Of a stretch of 64,000 bases of DNA, positions 55,467 through 64,000 are shown one piece after another. The stretch lies in contig CAWKJP010000022.1 in assembly GCA_963850035.1 (NCBI GenBank), positions 12,164 through 76,163 of the forward strand, given 5' to 3'. A program made the position numbers and the translations under genes. Source of the stretch: an uncultured Chloroflexia bacterium. GTDB taxonomy: Bacteria; Chloroflexota; Limnocylindria; Limnocylindrales; CSP1-4. Below the pieces are notes generated by a model, which worked only from the letters and a program-made list of their open reading frames with translations, made no database searches and was not told the DNA's origin. Every line of letters begins with the position of its first letter. Within the stretch, counting starts at the first letter, position 1.

Positions 55467-56410
55467 ATGGCCCCCTACGTTCAGACCGTGCTGGGCCCGG
55501 TCCCGCCGGACGCGCTCGGATTCGTCCTGCCGCACGAGCACACCCGCTGCGTGCTCTGGCAGATCCCCGGTCGCTGGGACTACTGGGAGCTGACGGGCGA
55601 GGACGACCTGATCCTGCCCGAGCTCGCCCGCTTCCGGGAGCTGGGCGGGACGTGCCTGGTGGACGTCACGCTCGACGCGATCGGCCGCGACCCCGAGCGC
55701 CTTCGCAGGCTGGCGACGGCCTCCGGCCTGCACCTCGTCATGGGATCCGGCTGGTATCGGGGCGCCTACTACCCGCCGGACGCGCTCGTCGACCGGCGGT
55801 CCGTCGCGGAGCTGGCGGACATCCTCGTCGGTGAGATCCTCGACGGCGCCGACGGGACGCCCGTTCGGCCCGGGATCATCGGCGAGATCGGGTCGGACAA
55901 GCCGTGGCTGTCCGCCCAGGAAGAGCGGGTCTTCCGGGCAGTCGGGCGGGCGTCGCGCGCGACGGGCCTGGCGGTGATGACGCACGCCGTGATGAGCGAC
56001 GTCGGGCTCGCCCAGCTGCGGGTCCTCGAGGAGGCCGGTGCGGACCCGGCCCGGGTGGTCATCGGCCACGCCAATTCGTACCCGGTGCTCGATCACTGGC
56101 TGGCGATCCTGGAGCGCGGCGCCAGCATCGAGCTCGACTTCCTTGGCATGTCGTTCACGCCCCAGGAGCGCGAGGCCGAGCCGCGGCTCATCCCGCTCCT
56201 GCTGGACCTGCTGGGACGGGGCCTGGCGGACCGCGTCCTCCTCTCACAGGACGTCTGCCACAACGAGCAGCTCCGCCACTACGGCGGGAACGGCTACACG
56301 TACCTCCAGGAGTCGTTCCTGCCCACGCCTCCGCGGCAGCCGGCGTCGGCGACGCCGAGATCAGGCAGATGACGGTGGGCAACCCGCGTCGGCTGCTGAC
56401 GATCGGCTGA
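55467..56410 (+). pseudogene. phosphotriesterase-family (PHP/aryldialkylphosphatase-related) metal-dependent hydrolase, frame shifted about 25 codons before the end
   Basis: GFVLPHEHT, IIGEIG, VMTHA, VIGHAN and SQDV metal-ligand pattern in the frame of ORF 54183..56372. The expected C-terminus ...AGVGDAEIRQMTVGNPRRLLTIG occurs only in the frame of ORF 55904..56410. Start 55467 (TATGAT-N6-ATG). Confidence 0.75.
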
Positions 56411-56854
56411 TCAGCCCTCGAGCGCGGCGTCGATCGAGAGGGCGACGTTGCCCTTCATCAGCCTGGAGATCGGGCACCCATCCTTGGCTGCTGCCGCGAG
56501 CGACGCGAACGTCGTGGCATCGATTCCGGGGACCACGCCCCGGACGGTCAGCGCCGACGAGATGACCGTCCAGCCGGTCTCGACCTTGTCGAAGGTGACG
56601 ACCGCCCCGACCTTCAGCTCGGTCGGCGGCGTTCCGTTTCGCGACAGGCTTCCCGACAGCGACATCGAGTAGCAGGACGCGTGGGCGGCCGCGACGAGCT
56701 CCTCGGGGCTCGTCCGCCCGTTCGCTTCCTCGGTCCGCGAGGCCCAGCTGACGGGCAGGCCGGTTATCGACCCGCTCGTCACGTCGTTGATCATCCCGCT
56801 GCCTTCTGCCAGGGATCCGGTCCAGGTTGCTTCTGCCCGTCGCACGGCGGCCAT
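56411..56854 (-). CDS. osmC: OsmC-family peroxiredoxin
   Basis: ATG 56854 with GGAGG RBS. AAAHASCYSMSL and AKDGCPISRL (the two OsmC cysteines). Confidence 0.85.
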   Translation of the reverse strand: MAAVRRAEATWTGSLAEGSGMINDVTSGSITGLPVSWASRTEEANGRTSPEELVAAAHASCYSMSLSGSLSRNGTPPTELKVGAVVTFDKVETGWTVISSALTVRGVVPGIDATTFASLAAAAKDGCPISRLMKGNVALSIDAALEG

Positions 56855-56981
56855 CGTGTCCTCCACGGAGTGAGGGTGGGTGATCTCGACGCTGGATCGT
56901 CCCACAGCCGGGCCGTGGGTGCCGGCGTTTCGATACCGCGGTGCCGATTGGCACCGCAGAGACAGGCTCGACAGTCCGTCG

Positions 56982-56987
56982 TACCAT
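56982..56987 (+). promoter_or_regulatory. candidate -10 hexamer of a leaderless promoter (TACCAT-N6-TTG, CAP-domain protein)
   Basis: TANNNT hexamer 6 nt upstream of in-frame TTG 56994, which directly precedes the signal peptide. Confidence 0.35.
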
Positions 56988-56993
56988 TGCGCC

Positions 56994-57893
56994 TTGCGCT
57001 GCAATCGCATCCCGCGGTCGGCCCAACTCCGGGCCGCTCGTGCGCCGCTCGCTTTCGCCCTCGTCCTCGCCCTTGCGGCGGTCGTCGTGCCGGCCGGCCC
57101 CGCTGTGCACACGGCGACCGCGGCGACCCGGACGATGATGACGACCGTGCAGGCAGCCGACCTGAGTCCTTCCGCGGCGGAGTCGACGCTCGTGGCGCTG
57201 ATCACCGCGGACCGGGCAGCGGTGGGCCTCGCGCCCCTCCGGGTCGACCCGCGCCTCTCGGCGATCGCGCACGAGCGCTCCGCATCCATGGCGGCCGCCG
57301 GCCAGCTGAGCCATGTCCAGTCGGACGGCAGGACGATGGTCGACCTGATCCAGGCGGCCGGCATCGCCTGGTACTCGGCGGGGGAGACGATCGGCTGGAA
57401 CAACTACCCGTTGCTCGCCGATTCGACGAGCGTGGTGAACCAGGGCTGGATGGGGTCGCCGGAGCACACGGCGATCATCCTCTCGACCTCCTACAACTAT
57501 CTCGGCCTCGGCCTGGGCATCAGCGCCACGGGTGACCGCTACTGGACGGCGATCTTCCTGCGCGGACCCGACATCACCCCGCCCTGGGCGACGATGAGCG
57601 CGCCCGCCACCGGCTCGTTCGTGGCGCTCGCGTCTCGGGGCCAGGCCCTCCGGGTGACCTGGGGCTGGGCCGGCGGCGACCGGCCGCTGGCCGCGCTCAC
57701 CGCGGGGCTGCGCTCGTTCGACGTGCAGCGCCAGGTCGACGGCGGAGCCTGGGTCTACGTCCGGACGTCGACGACCAGCCGCTCCTGGTCGAGCGCGATC
57801 CGCGTGGGCCACCGCATGGCGGTCCGGGTGCGAGCCCGCGACCGGGCCGGCAACATCGGGAGCTGGTCGTCGCCGGTGAGCGTGTCGGCCTGA
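56994..57893 (+). CDS. secreted CAP/SCP-domain protein with an extra C-terminal beta-rich domain
   Basis: Signal peptide RAARAPLAFALVLALAAVVVPAGPAVHTATA. CAP motifs GQLSH and GWMGSPEHTAIIL...YLGLGL. TTG 56994 is proposed as the start (TACCAT-N6-TTG) instead of ATG 56880, which would leave only 25 nt to the divergent osmC. Confidence 0.65.
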   Translation: MRCNRIPRSAQLRAARAPLAFALVLALAAVVVPAGPAVHTATAATRTMMTTVQAADLSPSAAESTLVALITADRAAVGLAPLRVDPRLSAIAHERSASMAAAGQLSHVQSDGRTMVDLIQAAGIAWYSAGETIGWNNYPLLADSTSVVNQGWMGSPEHTAIILSTSYNYLGLGLGISATGDRYWTAIFLRGPDITPPWATMSAPATGSFVALASRGQALRVTWGWAGGDRPLAALTAGLRSFDVQRQVDGGAWVYVRTSTTSRSWSSAIRVGHRMAVRVRARDRAGNIGSWSSPVSVSA

Positions 57894-57896
57894 CGG

Positions 57897-59315
57897 TCAG
57901 CCGGCCCGGGCCACGGCCCCCGCGAGGGCTCGGCTGGCCCGATCGCGCGGGAAGGTGACGCGCGTGGCCCGCCCGAACGCGCGGTAGGCGTCGAGCGCCG
58001 CGGCAAACGCCGGCACGAACCCTTCGGCGCCGAGCGGGTCGAAGTCCCCCTCCCACCACGTCCCGAGCACGCGGACCGCCCGCGCCCCGCGATCGAAGCG
58101 CGGCTCGATCCGGCCCACCAGCCGATCGCCGAACAGGATCGGCAGGACGTAATAGCCCCAGCGCCGCCGTGCCTGCGGGACGTAGACCTCCCAGACATAG
58201 TCGAAGTCGAACAGCCCCCGCAGGAGGTCACGATCCCAGCACAGCGGGTCGAGCGGGGCGAGGAAGCTCACGGCCGGCGCCACCCCTCCGGGAGGCCCAT
58301 CGGAAGCGACCTCGTCGATGGCCTGGTCGAGCCACGGCAGGTCCGACGCGACCACGAGGCGCGGGCCGCGCAGCCCATCGACGGTCACCGGGACCAACGA
58401 TCCGTCGGCGATGAGCTCCGCACGGAGCGCGGCGCGAGCCGGGAGGTCGGGCCGTGCCGGGTCCGCGGCGGCGCGGCCGAGGCCCAGCCAGAGCTCGCCC
58501 TGCCCGGCCATGCCCAGGAGCCCGTTCGCGCGGTAGCGCGACAGCAGCCGGTGGCGAATCTGGTCGTGGATCGAGGGACGCTGGGCCAGCAGGTCCGCTG
58601 GGAAGAGGCGCTCCATCAGGTCGTAGATGCGCCGGTTCCCGTCCCGGCGCGCGATCCCAAGGATCCCGGCCTCGGCGAGGGCCTCGAGGATCGCTCGAAC
58701 GGGGTTCGTGGGCCGCCAGTACCAGTCGATCGCGACGCGGGGCTCCACGTCCGTGGAGGAGAGCGGGCCGTCACGGCGGATGCGGCCCAGCAGCTCCTCC
58801 ACGAGCGGGGCGTGCTCGTCGAACGCGGCGTCGTCATGCCGTGCCCTTGCCCGTTCCCAGGTCAGCCGGTAGAGCGGGAGCTCCGCGGTCGGCAGGATGC
58901 TCAGGCCCTTGTTGTAGGCCTCGAACAGGAGCCGCCGCTCGTAGAGGAGCGCGTCGGTCATCTCGCGGCGATAGCCGGCGATCCGCGCCTGGAGGACCAG
59001 GTCGTGGTTGCGGCCCGCGATCTCGAGCGGGTCGAACTGGAGCGAGCCGAGCCGATCGATGACCGCCATCACGCTCGACTCGCCGGCCGGCAGGGCTCGC
59101 GGCGGGGCCAGCAGGTGGCGCAGGACCAGGAAGCGCCGGGCGACTGCGGCAGAGAGCGGCCGGGGCGCCATGCCGCCTGGCCCGCCGGGCACCGGAGGAC
59201 GCGGCGCCCGCGCGGCGGCCGTCGGCGCGGCGGGCGTCGGCCCCGATACGGGACCCGTCGGGGCGGGCGTGGACCGCGAGGTCGGCCCGGTCGCGGCGCG
59301 GGTGAGGTTCGGCAT
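57897..59315 (-). CDS. YcaQ-like winged-helix DNA-binding protein (DUF1006; AlkZ-related DNA glycosylase family)
   Basis: VIDRLGSLQFDPLEIAGRNHDLVL..., YVLPILFGDRLVGRIEPRFDR. ATG 59315 (TACGAT-N8-ATG). Confidence 0.7.
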   Translation of the reverse strand: MPNLTRAATGPTSRSTPAPTGPVSGPTPAAPTAAARAPRPPVPGGPGGMAPRPLSAAVARRFLVLRHLLAPPRALPAGESSVMAVIDRLGSLQFDPLEIAGRNHDLVLQARIAGYRREMTDALLYERRLLFEAYNKGLSILPTAELPLYRLTWERARARHDDAAFDEHAPLVEELLGRIRRDGPLSSTDVEPRVAIDWYWRPTNPVRAILEALAEAGILGIARRDGNRRIYDLMERLFPADLLAQRPSIHDQIRHRLLSRYRANGLLGMAGQGELWLGLGRAAADPARPDLPARAALRAELIADGSLVPVTVDGLRGPRLVVASDLPWLDQAIDEVASDGPPGGVAPAVSFLAPLDPLCWDRDLLRGLFDFDYVWEVYVPQARRRWGYYVLPILFGDRLVGRIEPRFDRGARAVRVLGTWWEGDFDPLGAEGFVPAFAAALDAYRAFGRATRVTFPRDRASRALAGAVARAG

Positions 59316-59323
59316 CACCGCGG

Positions 59324-59329
59324 ATCGTA
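59324..59329 (-). promoter_or_regulatory. candidate -10 hexamer of a leaderless promoter (TACGAT-N8-ATG, YcaQ-like)
   Basis: Minus-strand TACGAT 8 nt upstream of ATG 59315. Confidence 0.4.
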
Positions 59330-59500
59330 GTGGGTCGCGCGACCCGGGCGGTGGGCGCCCGAGGCGTGGTTTGCGCCCGGAGCCGGGCGGTCGCAGGCGC
59401 CCCGAGGTGGGCGGTCGGCGCCGGAGCCTCGCCGACCCAATTCCTTCGCATCTCGGATATCATTTGTCTCAGGCCAACGATCGAGGAGGAATCTCCCGCC

Positions 59501-60019
59501 ATGCCGCCCGATGACGCGGACCGCTCCGCAAGGATCGATCGTGTCCTTGCGTCCTACGACCTGCTGATGCATCGAATCGCGTCATCGCACGCGCCAGACC
59601 TCATGGAGGTGGGCGTGACGATGTCCCAGGCCAAGGTCATGTACCTGGTCGCGGCCGGCCAGGGGATGCGCATGTCGGAGCTCGCCGCCCACCTTGGGGT
59701 GTCGATCTCCACCATGAGCGGCCTCGTCGACCGGCTGGTCGAGCACGAGCTCCTCGCGCGGCACGACGACCCGGCAGACCGGCGCCAGGTGGTCGTCACG
59801 CTGACCGCCACCGGACGCGCACATCTCGAACGCTTTCGCGAGCTCAATGCGGCCGGGATGCGGCGGCTCCTGGCCCGCCTCGCGGACGCCGACCTCGACG
59901 TCGTCGAAGAGGCGACCCGCCTGCTGGCCGCCGCCGCTGCCGACGACCTTCCCATGACCGGCATCGGCGCCAATCCCCGCCAGGTCCAGGCTTCCACGCT
60001 TCCGGGAGACCACTCGTGA
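59501..60019 (+). CDS. MarR-family transcriptional regulator
   Basis: GAGGAGGA RBS. MSELAAHLGVSISTMSGLVDRLVEHELLARHDDPADRRQVVVTLT. Confidence 0.88.
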   Translation: MPPDDADRSARIDRVLASYDLLMHRIASSHAPDLMEVGVTMSQAKVMYLVAAGQGMRMSELAAHLGVSISTMSGLVDRLVEHELLARHDDPADRRQVVVTLTATGRAHLERFRELNAAGMRRLLARLADADLDVVEEATRLLAAAAADDLPMTGIGANPRQVQASTLPGDHS

Positions 60020-63000
60020 GTCGACTCAGCGAGCTTGCCGTCAGCAAGCGGAGCGTTGCGCTCCTCCTCGCCATCGCCCTGTTCATCGCCGGCATCTCGG
60101 CCTGGGGCAGCCTCAAGCAGGAGCTGCTGCCGGACATCGAGCTGCCCGTGATCACCGTGATCGCCGCGGACCCTGGGGCCGGTGCGTCCGACGTCGCCGA
60201 CCAGATCGCGAAGCCGATCGAGCGGGCGATCGGCGGCATCCCGCGCCTCGAGCGGGTCCAGTCGACCTCGGCCAACTCGATCGCGCTGGTGGTTGCCCAG
60301 TTCTCCTACGGGACGAACGTGAAGGACACGAAGGCCGCGATCGCCCAGAACGTCTCGGCGCTGAAGCTGCCCGCGAACGTCACGCCGCAGGTCAGCTCGC
60401 TCGACATCAACGCGTCGCCCGTGATCATCGCCTCGATCTTCGGCTCGGGTCCCAACGGCCTGACGGCCGCCGCCAAGGTCGCCGCTGCCGAGGTCGTGCC
60501 GGATCTCCAGGCCCTCGACGGCGTTGCCTCGGTCGACCTTGCCGGCGGGCTCACGTCCCGGGTCGTGGTGACGCTGGATCCGGCCCGGATGGCGGCCGCC
60601 GGCGTCTCGATCGATGCGGTCCAGGGCGTGCTGACGGCCAACAACCTGACCCTTCCGGCCGGCCAGCTCCCGACCGGGACCAACCAGATCCCGGTCTCGA
60701 CCTCGGGCTCGTTCACGACGCTCGACCAGATCCGCGGGCTCGTCGTGAGCGTGCGACGGCCGAGCCTCGCTGCCGGGGCGGGCGCCGGCGGCCAGGCCGG
60801 TCCGGCCGCGACCGGATTCGCGAGCATCCCGAACATCCTCGGGCTGCGGACGGCCGTGAGTGCCGCAGTGAGCGCCGCCGCAGCGGCTGCAGCTGCGGCG
60901 GCGCCGCCGATCCGGATTCACATCGCCGACATCGGCAGCGTGGACGTGGCCGAGGTCGCGACGACCGGCTACGCGCGCACCGACGGCGAGCCCTCGCTGA
61001 CGATCACCGTCAGCAAGAACGCGAACGCCAACACGGTGGACGTCGCCGACGCCGTCGGGGCGAAGCTCGCGGCGATCGCCGCGCTCCACCCGGAGCTCAA
61101 GGTCGTCACCGTTTCCGACCTCTCGACGTTCATCAAGGAGTCCCGCGACGGCCTGCTCCGCGAGGGTGGCCTCGGGGCGCTGTTCGCGGTCCTCACGATC
61201 TTCCTGTTCCTGTTCAGCCTGCGCTCGACGCTGGTCGCCGCGGTGAGCATCCCGCTCTCCGTGCTGACCGCGCTGGTTGTCATGCAGGTCACCGGGATCA
61301 CGCTCAACATCATGACCCTGGGGGGTCTGGCGGTCGCGGTCGGGCGCGTCGTCGACGACGCGATCGTCGTGCTCGAGAACATCTACCGGCATCGGGCGAT
61401 GGGTGAGGACCGCATGACCGCGGTCCTGAACGGCCCGCGCGAGGTGGCCGGTGCGATCACGAGCTCCACGCTCACGACCGTCGCCGTCTTCCTGCCGATC
61501 GGGTTCGTGGGCGGAATCGTCAGCGAGTTCTTCCTGCCGTTCGCGCTCACCGTCACGTTCGCGCTGCTCGCCTCCCTCGTCTGCGCGCTGACGATCATCC
61601 CGATCCTGGCCTACCTCTTCATCGATCGGGTCAAGCTGGCCGTCGACGAGACCGGCGAGCCGAAGAACTCGCTCTGGGTTCGCGCTTATGCGCCGACGAT
61701 CCGCTTCGTGCTGCGCAGCCGCCGGACCAAGCTGGGCGTCCTCGGGCTCGCGACGCTCCTCTTCCTCGCCTCCGTCTCGATCGTGGGGCGCCTGCCGACC
61801 CAGTTCATCTCGACCGGATCGGAGAAGGTCCTCCAGGTGAGCGTCGTCCCGCCGGCCGGCGCCAGCGGGCAGGCCGTGCTCGCCGCGGCGACCCAGGCCG
61901 AGACGATCCTCCGCACCGACCCGAAGGTGCAGCTCGTCGAGACGACCGTGCCGGGCGAAGGCGACACGGGCGCCTCCACGCTCTCGGCCGCCTTCTCGGG
62001 CCGGCCGGCGAACAGCGCCTCGATGGTGGTGCGGCTCGCGAGCGACGTCGACCTCGACGCCTACACGACGAAGGTCGGGGCGGAGCTCGCGCCGCTCAAG
62101 ACGAACGGCTGGGACGTCAGCGTCGGCCAGGCGTTCGGGTTCTCCTCCAACAGCCTCTCGATCATCGTGAGCGCACAGGACACGACGGCCGTCGGGTCCG
62201 CGACCGACGCGATCCTCCGGGCGCTTCGGACCAACCCCGACCTCGTCAACGTGAAGTCGGACCTCGTGAAGGCGACGCCCCAGGTCGAGATCCGGGTCGA
62301 CCCGAACAAGGCGCTCGAGGCCGGACTCACCGCGGCGCAGGTCGCGGGCCAGGTCCGCTCGGCCCTCGTGGGCTCGCTCGTCACGCGAATCCAGCTCGCG
62401 GACGGCGGCCCGATCGATCTCTACGTCCGGCTCGATCCGACGCGCGTCACGAGCGTCGCGGCGCTCCAGGCGCTTCCCGTCGGGACGGCCGCGAAGGTGC
62501 CCCTCAGCTCCATCGCGGACGTCGCCGAGGTCGCGACGCAGGGCAGCATCACCCGCATCGACCAGGCGCCATCCGCCTCGATCACGGCCGATATCACGAG
62601 CAAGGACACCGGCGGCGTCTCGCGGTCGGCCCAGCTCGCCGTCGACGCGCTGCAGACGGCCGGGACGATCCCGGCGAGCGTGGACGTCCGGTTCTCGGGT
62701 GTCACGCAGCAGCAGGGCCAGGCGTTCGGCGGGCTGTTCAACTCGATGGCCATCGCCGTCCTGCTCGTCTACGTGATGATGGTCCTCGCGTTCAACAGCC
62801 TCGTGACGCCGTTCGTCATCATGTTCAGCCTGCCGCTCGCCGCCATCGGGGTCTTCCCGGCGCTCCTCCTGACGGGCCGCGCGATCGGCGTGAGCGCCCT
62901 CATCGGGATCCTGATGCTGATCGGGATCGTGGTCACGAACGCGATCGTCCTGCTCGACCTCGTGGAACGGCTGCGTCGAAGCGGGCTGTCCACGACCGAC

Positions 63001-63252
63001 GCCCTGGTCGAGGGCGGCAAGACCCGCGTGCGGCCGATCCTGATGACGGCGATCGCCACGATCCTGGCCCTGATCCCGCTCGCCGCGGGCTTCAACCAGG
63101 GCTCGATCATCGCCGCGGAGCTTGGCACGGTCGTGATCGGCGGCCTCTTCTCGTCGACGTTCCTGACCTTGATCGTCGTACCGGTCGTGTACTCGCTGAT
63201 CGACGGCGGGAAGTCCATGATCGGGCGGAGGCGCGGCGTCGCGACACCCTGA
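60016..63252 (+). CDS. RND-superfamily efflux transporter permease (AcrB/HAE-type, 12 TM)
   Basis: 1078 aa. N-terminus KRSVALLLAIALFIAGISAWGSLKQELLPDIELPVITV. Two large extracytoplasmic loops and two 6-TM halves. GTG overlaps the MarR stop (GTGA). Confidence 0.9.
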   Translation: MSRLSELAVSKRSVALLLAIALFIAGISAWGSLKQELLPDIELPVITVIAADPGAGASDVADQIAKPIERAIGGIPRLERVQSTSANSIALVVAQFSYGTNVKDTKAAIAQNVSALKLPANVTPQVSSLDINASPVIIASIFGSGPNGLTAAAKVAAAEVVPDLQALDGVASVDLAGGLTSRVVVTLDPARMAAAGVSIDAVQGVLTANNLTLPAGQLPTGTNQIPVSTSGSFTTLDQIRGLVVSVRRPSLAAGAGAGGQAGPAATGFASIPNILGLRTAVSAAVSAAAAAAAAAAPPIRIHIADIGSVDVAEVATTGYARTDGEPSLTITVSKNANANTVDVADAVGAKLAAIAALHPELKVVTVSDLSTFIKESRDGLLREGGLGALFAVLTIFLFLFSLRSTLVAAVSIPLSVLTALVVMQVTGITLNIMTLGGLAVAVGRVVDDAIVVLENIYRHRAMGEDRMTAVLNGPREVAGAITSSTLTTVAVFLPIGFVGGIVSEFFLPFALTVTFALLASLVCALTIIPILAYLFIDRVKLAVDETGEPKNSLWVRAYAPTIRFVLRSRRTKLGVLGLATLLFLASVSIVGRLPTQFISTGSEKVLQVSVVPPAGASGQAVLAAATQAETILRTDPKVQLVETTVPGEGDTGASTLSAAFSGRPANSASMVVRLASDVDLDAYTTKVGAELAPLKTNGWDVSVGQAFGFSSNSLSIIVSAQDTTAVGSATDAILRALRTNPDLVNVKSDLVKATPQVEIRVDPNKALEAGLTAAQVAGQVRSALVGSLVTRIQLADGGPIDLYVRLDPTRVTSVAALQALPVGTAAKVPLSSIADVAEVATQGSITRIDQAPSASITADITSKDTGGVSRSAQLAVDALQTAGTIPASVDVRFSGVTQQQGQAFGGLFNSMAIAVLLVYVMMVLAFNSLVTPFVIMFSLPLAAIGVFPALLLTGRAIGVSALIGILMLIGIVVTNAIVLLDLVERLRRSGLSTTDALVEGGKTRVRPILMTAIATILALIPLAAGFNQGSIIAAELGTVVIGGLFSSTFLTLIVVPVVYSLIDGGKSMIGRRRGVATP

Positions 63253-63366
63253 CGGGGCGACAAGGCGACGGAGCGACGTCCTCGCGGCGACGGCCCGCGG
63301 CGCGTCAAGTAGAGGCGTGGCGACACCGTCTGGCCGCGACACCGTCGCCGCTGGCCCCGGGAGCGG

Positions 63367-64000
63367 CTACCCGCCGATCGTCGCGACCGGGCTCAGCGCC
63401 CGCACACCGGTGCCGGCTGCCGACGCGATGAAGTCATACGTGCCGCCCTGGGAGATCGGGAACTGGGCCACCTGGACCAGCTTCCCGTTGAGCAGCGCCG
63501 GCTCGACGGACGGGGCAAGGCTGAGCGTCCCGGTCGTGGCGCTCGAGTCCCAGAACTGGAGCGCCGGCGTCGAGCCGGCCGGCGTCGTGAAGATGACCTG
63601 CATGAGGCCCGGCGAGATCGCGTTCGCGTACAGCAGGCCCACGTTGAAGTTCGTCTGGAGCGGCGGCAGCGTCGGCGGCGGGGTTGCCGACGGCGGGAAG
63701 ATCCCGAAGATCCCAGCCGGGCAGTAGGCAGGGGCGGGCGCCACCGCGCACGCGCCCAGCAGGACGCTGATCTCCGACTGGGTCTGCAGGACGTGGAGGC
63801 CCACGATGTCCCACCAGTCCGGTGGCAGCCCCGGCCCGACCGGGCCGCTGGGCGGCATGGAGACGGTCGGGTTCGAGGACGGGAGCGCGACCGGGCTCGG
63901 CGACGGACCGCCGGCCGACGGCACCGGCGCGCTGGGGCTGGGAAGCGGCGACGGCGACGGCGAGGACGCGACGGCCGAGCGGCGAGGCTGCCGCCCGGAG
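63367..64000 (-). CDS. hypothetical Pro/Ser-rich secreted or wall-associated protein; the N-terminus lies beyond the right window edge
   Basis: ORF 63367..63924. My translation shows the frame stays open upstream to position 64000 (...SPSPSPLPSPSAP-). The C-terminal ~150 aa are beta-rich. No family recognised. Confidence 0.4.
   Translation of the reverse strand, partial: SGRQPRRSAVASSPSPSPLPSPSAPVPSAGGPSPSPVALPSSNPTVSMPPSGPVGPGLPPDWWDIVGLHVLQTQSEISVLLGACAVAPAPAYCPAGIFGIFPPSATPPPTLPPLQTNFNVGLLYANAISPGLMQVIFTTPAGSTPALQFWDSSATTGTLSLAPSVEPALLNGKLVQVAQFPISQGGTYDFIASAAGTGVRALSPVATIGG

Noticed and set aside
56880-56993. ATG 56880 as the start of the CAP-domain protein (as in the ORF track).
   Set aside because: It would add about 38 residues of non-signal sequence before the signal peptide and leave only 25 nt to the divergent osmC start. 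In-frame TTG 56994 with TACCAT-N6 upstream fits the pattern seen at ten other genes. This remains uncertain.

Overview
Very GC-rich (roughly 70% or more, judged by eye) bacterial chromosomal segment. It is densely coding, with about 58 protein-coding genes. I recognised no rRNA, tRNA, CRISPR array, transposase or integrase. Gene content from left to right: (1) a truncated MalT/LuxR-like STAND ATPase; (2) CopC, a lipoprotein and a polytopic membrane protein, followed by two ABC-2 ATPase/permease pairs; (3) a LysM protein, fabI and a HAD hydrolase; (4) an operon of RocA/PruA-type aldehyde dehydrogenase, class III aminotransferase and CoA-transferase A/B; (5) USP plus a Tat-exported multicopper oxidase, divergent from a GAF histidine kinase and NarL-type regulator; (6) a J-domain protein, an ABC-2 exporter and a NEW3-type surface protein; (7) an acetyl-CoA hydrolase/transferase; (8) a receiver-domain protein, single-polypeptide PFOR and a DHOD-like protein; (9) a four-subunit 2-oxoacid:ferredoxin oxidoreductase; (10) hypF-hypC-hypD-hypE, with no hydrogenase structural genes or hypAB in the window; (11) ArsR plus a DsrE-like/TusA-like/DsrE-like/TusA-like/SQR sulfur cluster; (12) a second aminotransferase and an MMPL transporter; (13) PadR plus a MacB-type ABC exporter; (14) a phosphotriesterase-family hydrolase, OsmC, a CAP-domain protein and a YcaQ-like protein; (15) MarR plus an RND transporter. 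The main observations are these. (i) Eleven genes have a TANNNT hexamer 6-8 nt upstream of the start codon, which is leaderless-mRNA architecture, and this re-assigns several starts. (ii) About six single-nucleotide frame disruptions affect recognisable genes (hypF twice, mmpL twice, a phosphotriesterase-family gene, and the 5' end of an ABC ATPase). These are either real pseudogenisation or assembly indels. (iii) A 50-bp-phased array of hairpin repeats with compensatory closing base pairs lies in a convergent intergenic region. (iv) A 15-16-bp tandem repeat abuts a promoter, and related in-frame minisatellites occur in several genes. (v) A degenerate receiver domain is translationally coupled to PFOR. 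I did not find a cluster that I can defend as a clearly novel system. The candidates are listed below with modest interest scores. All functional calls rest on motif recognition by eye; no database search was possible.
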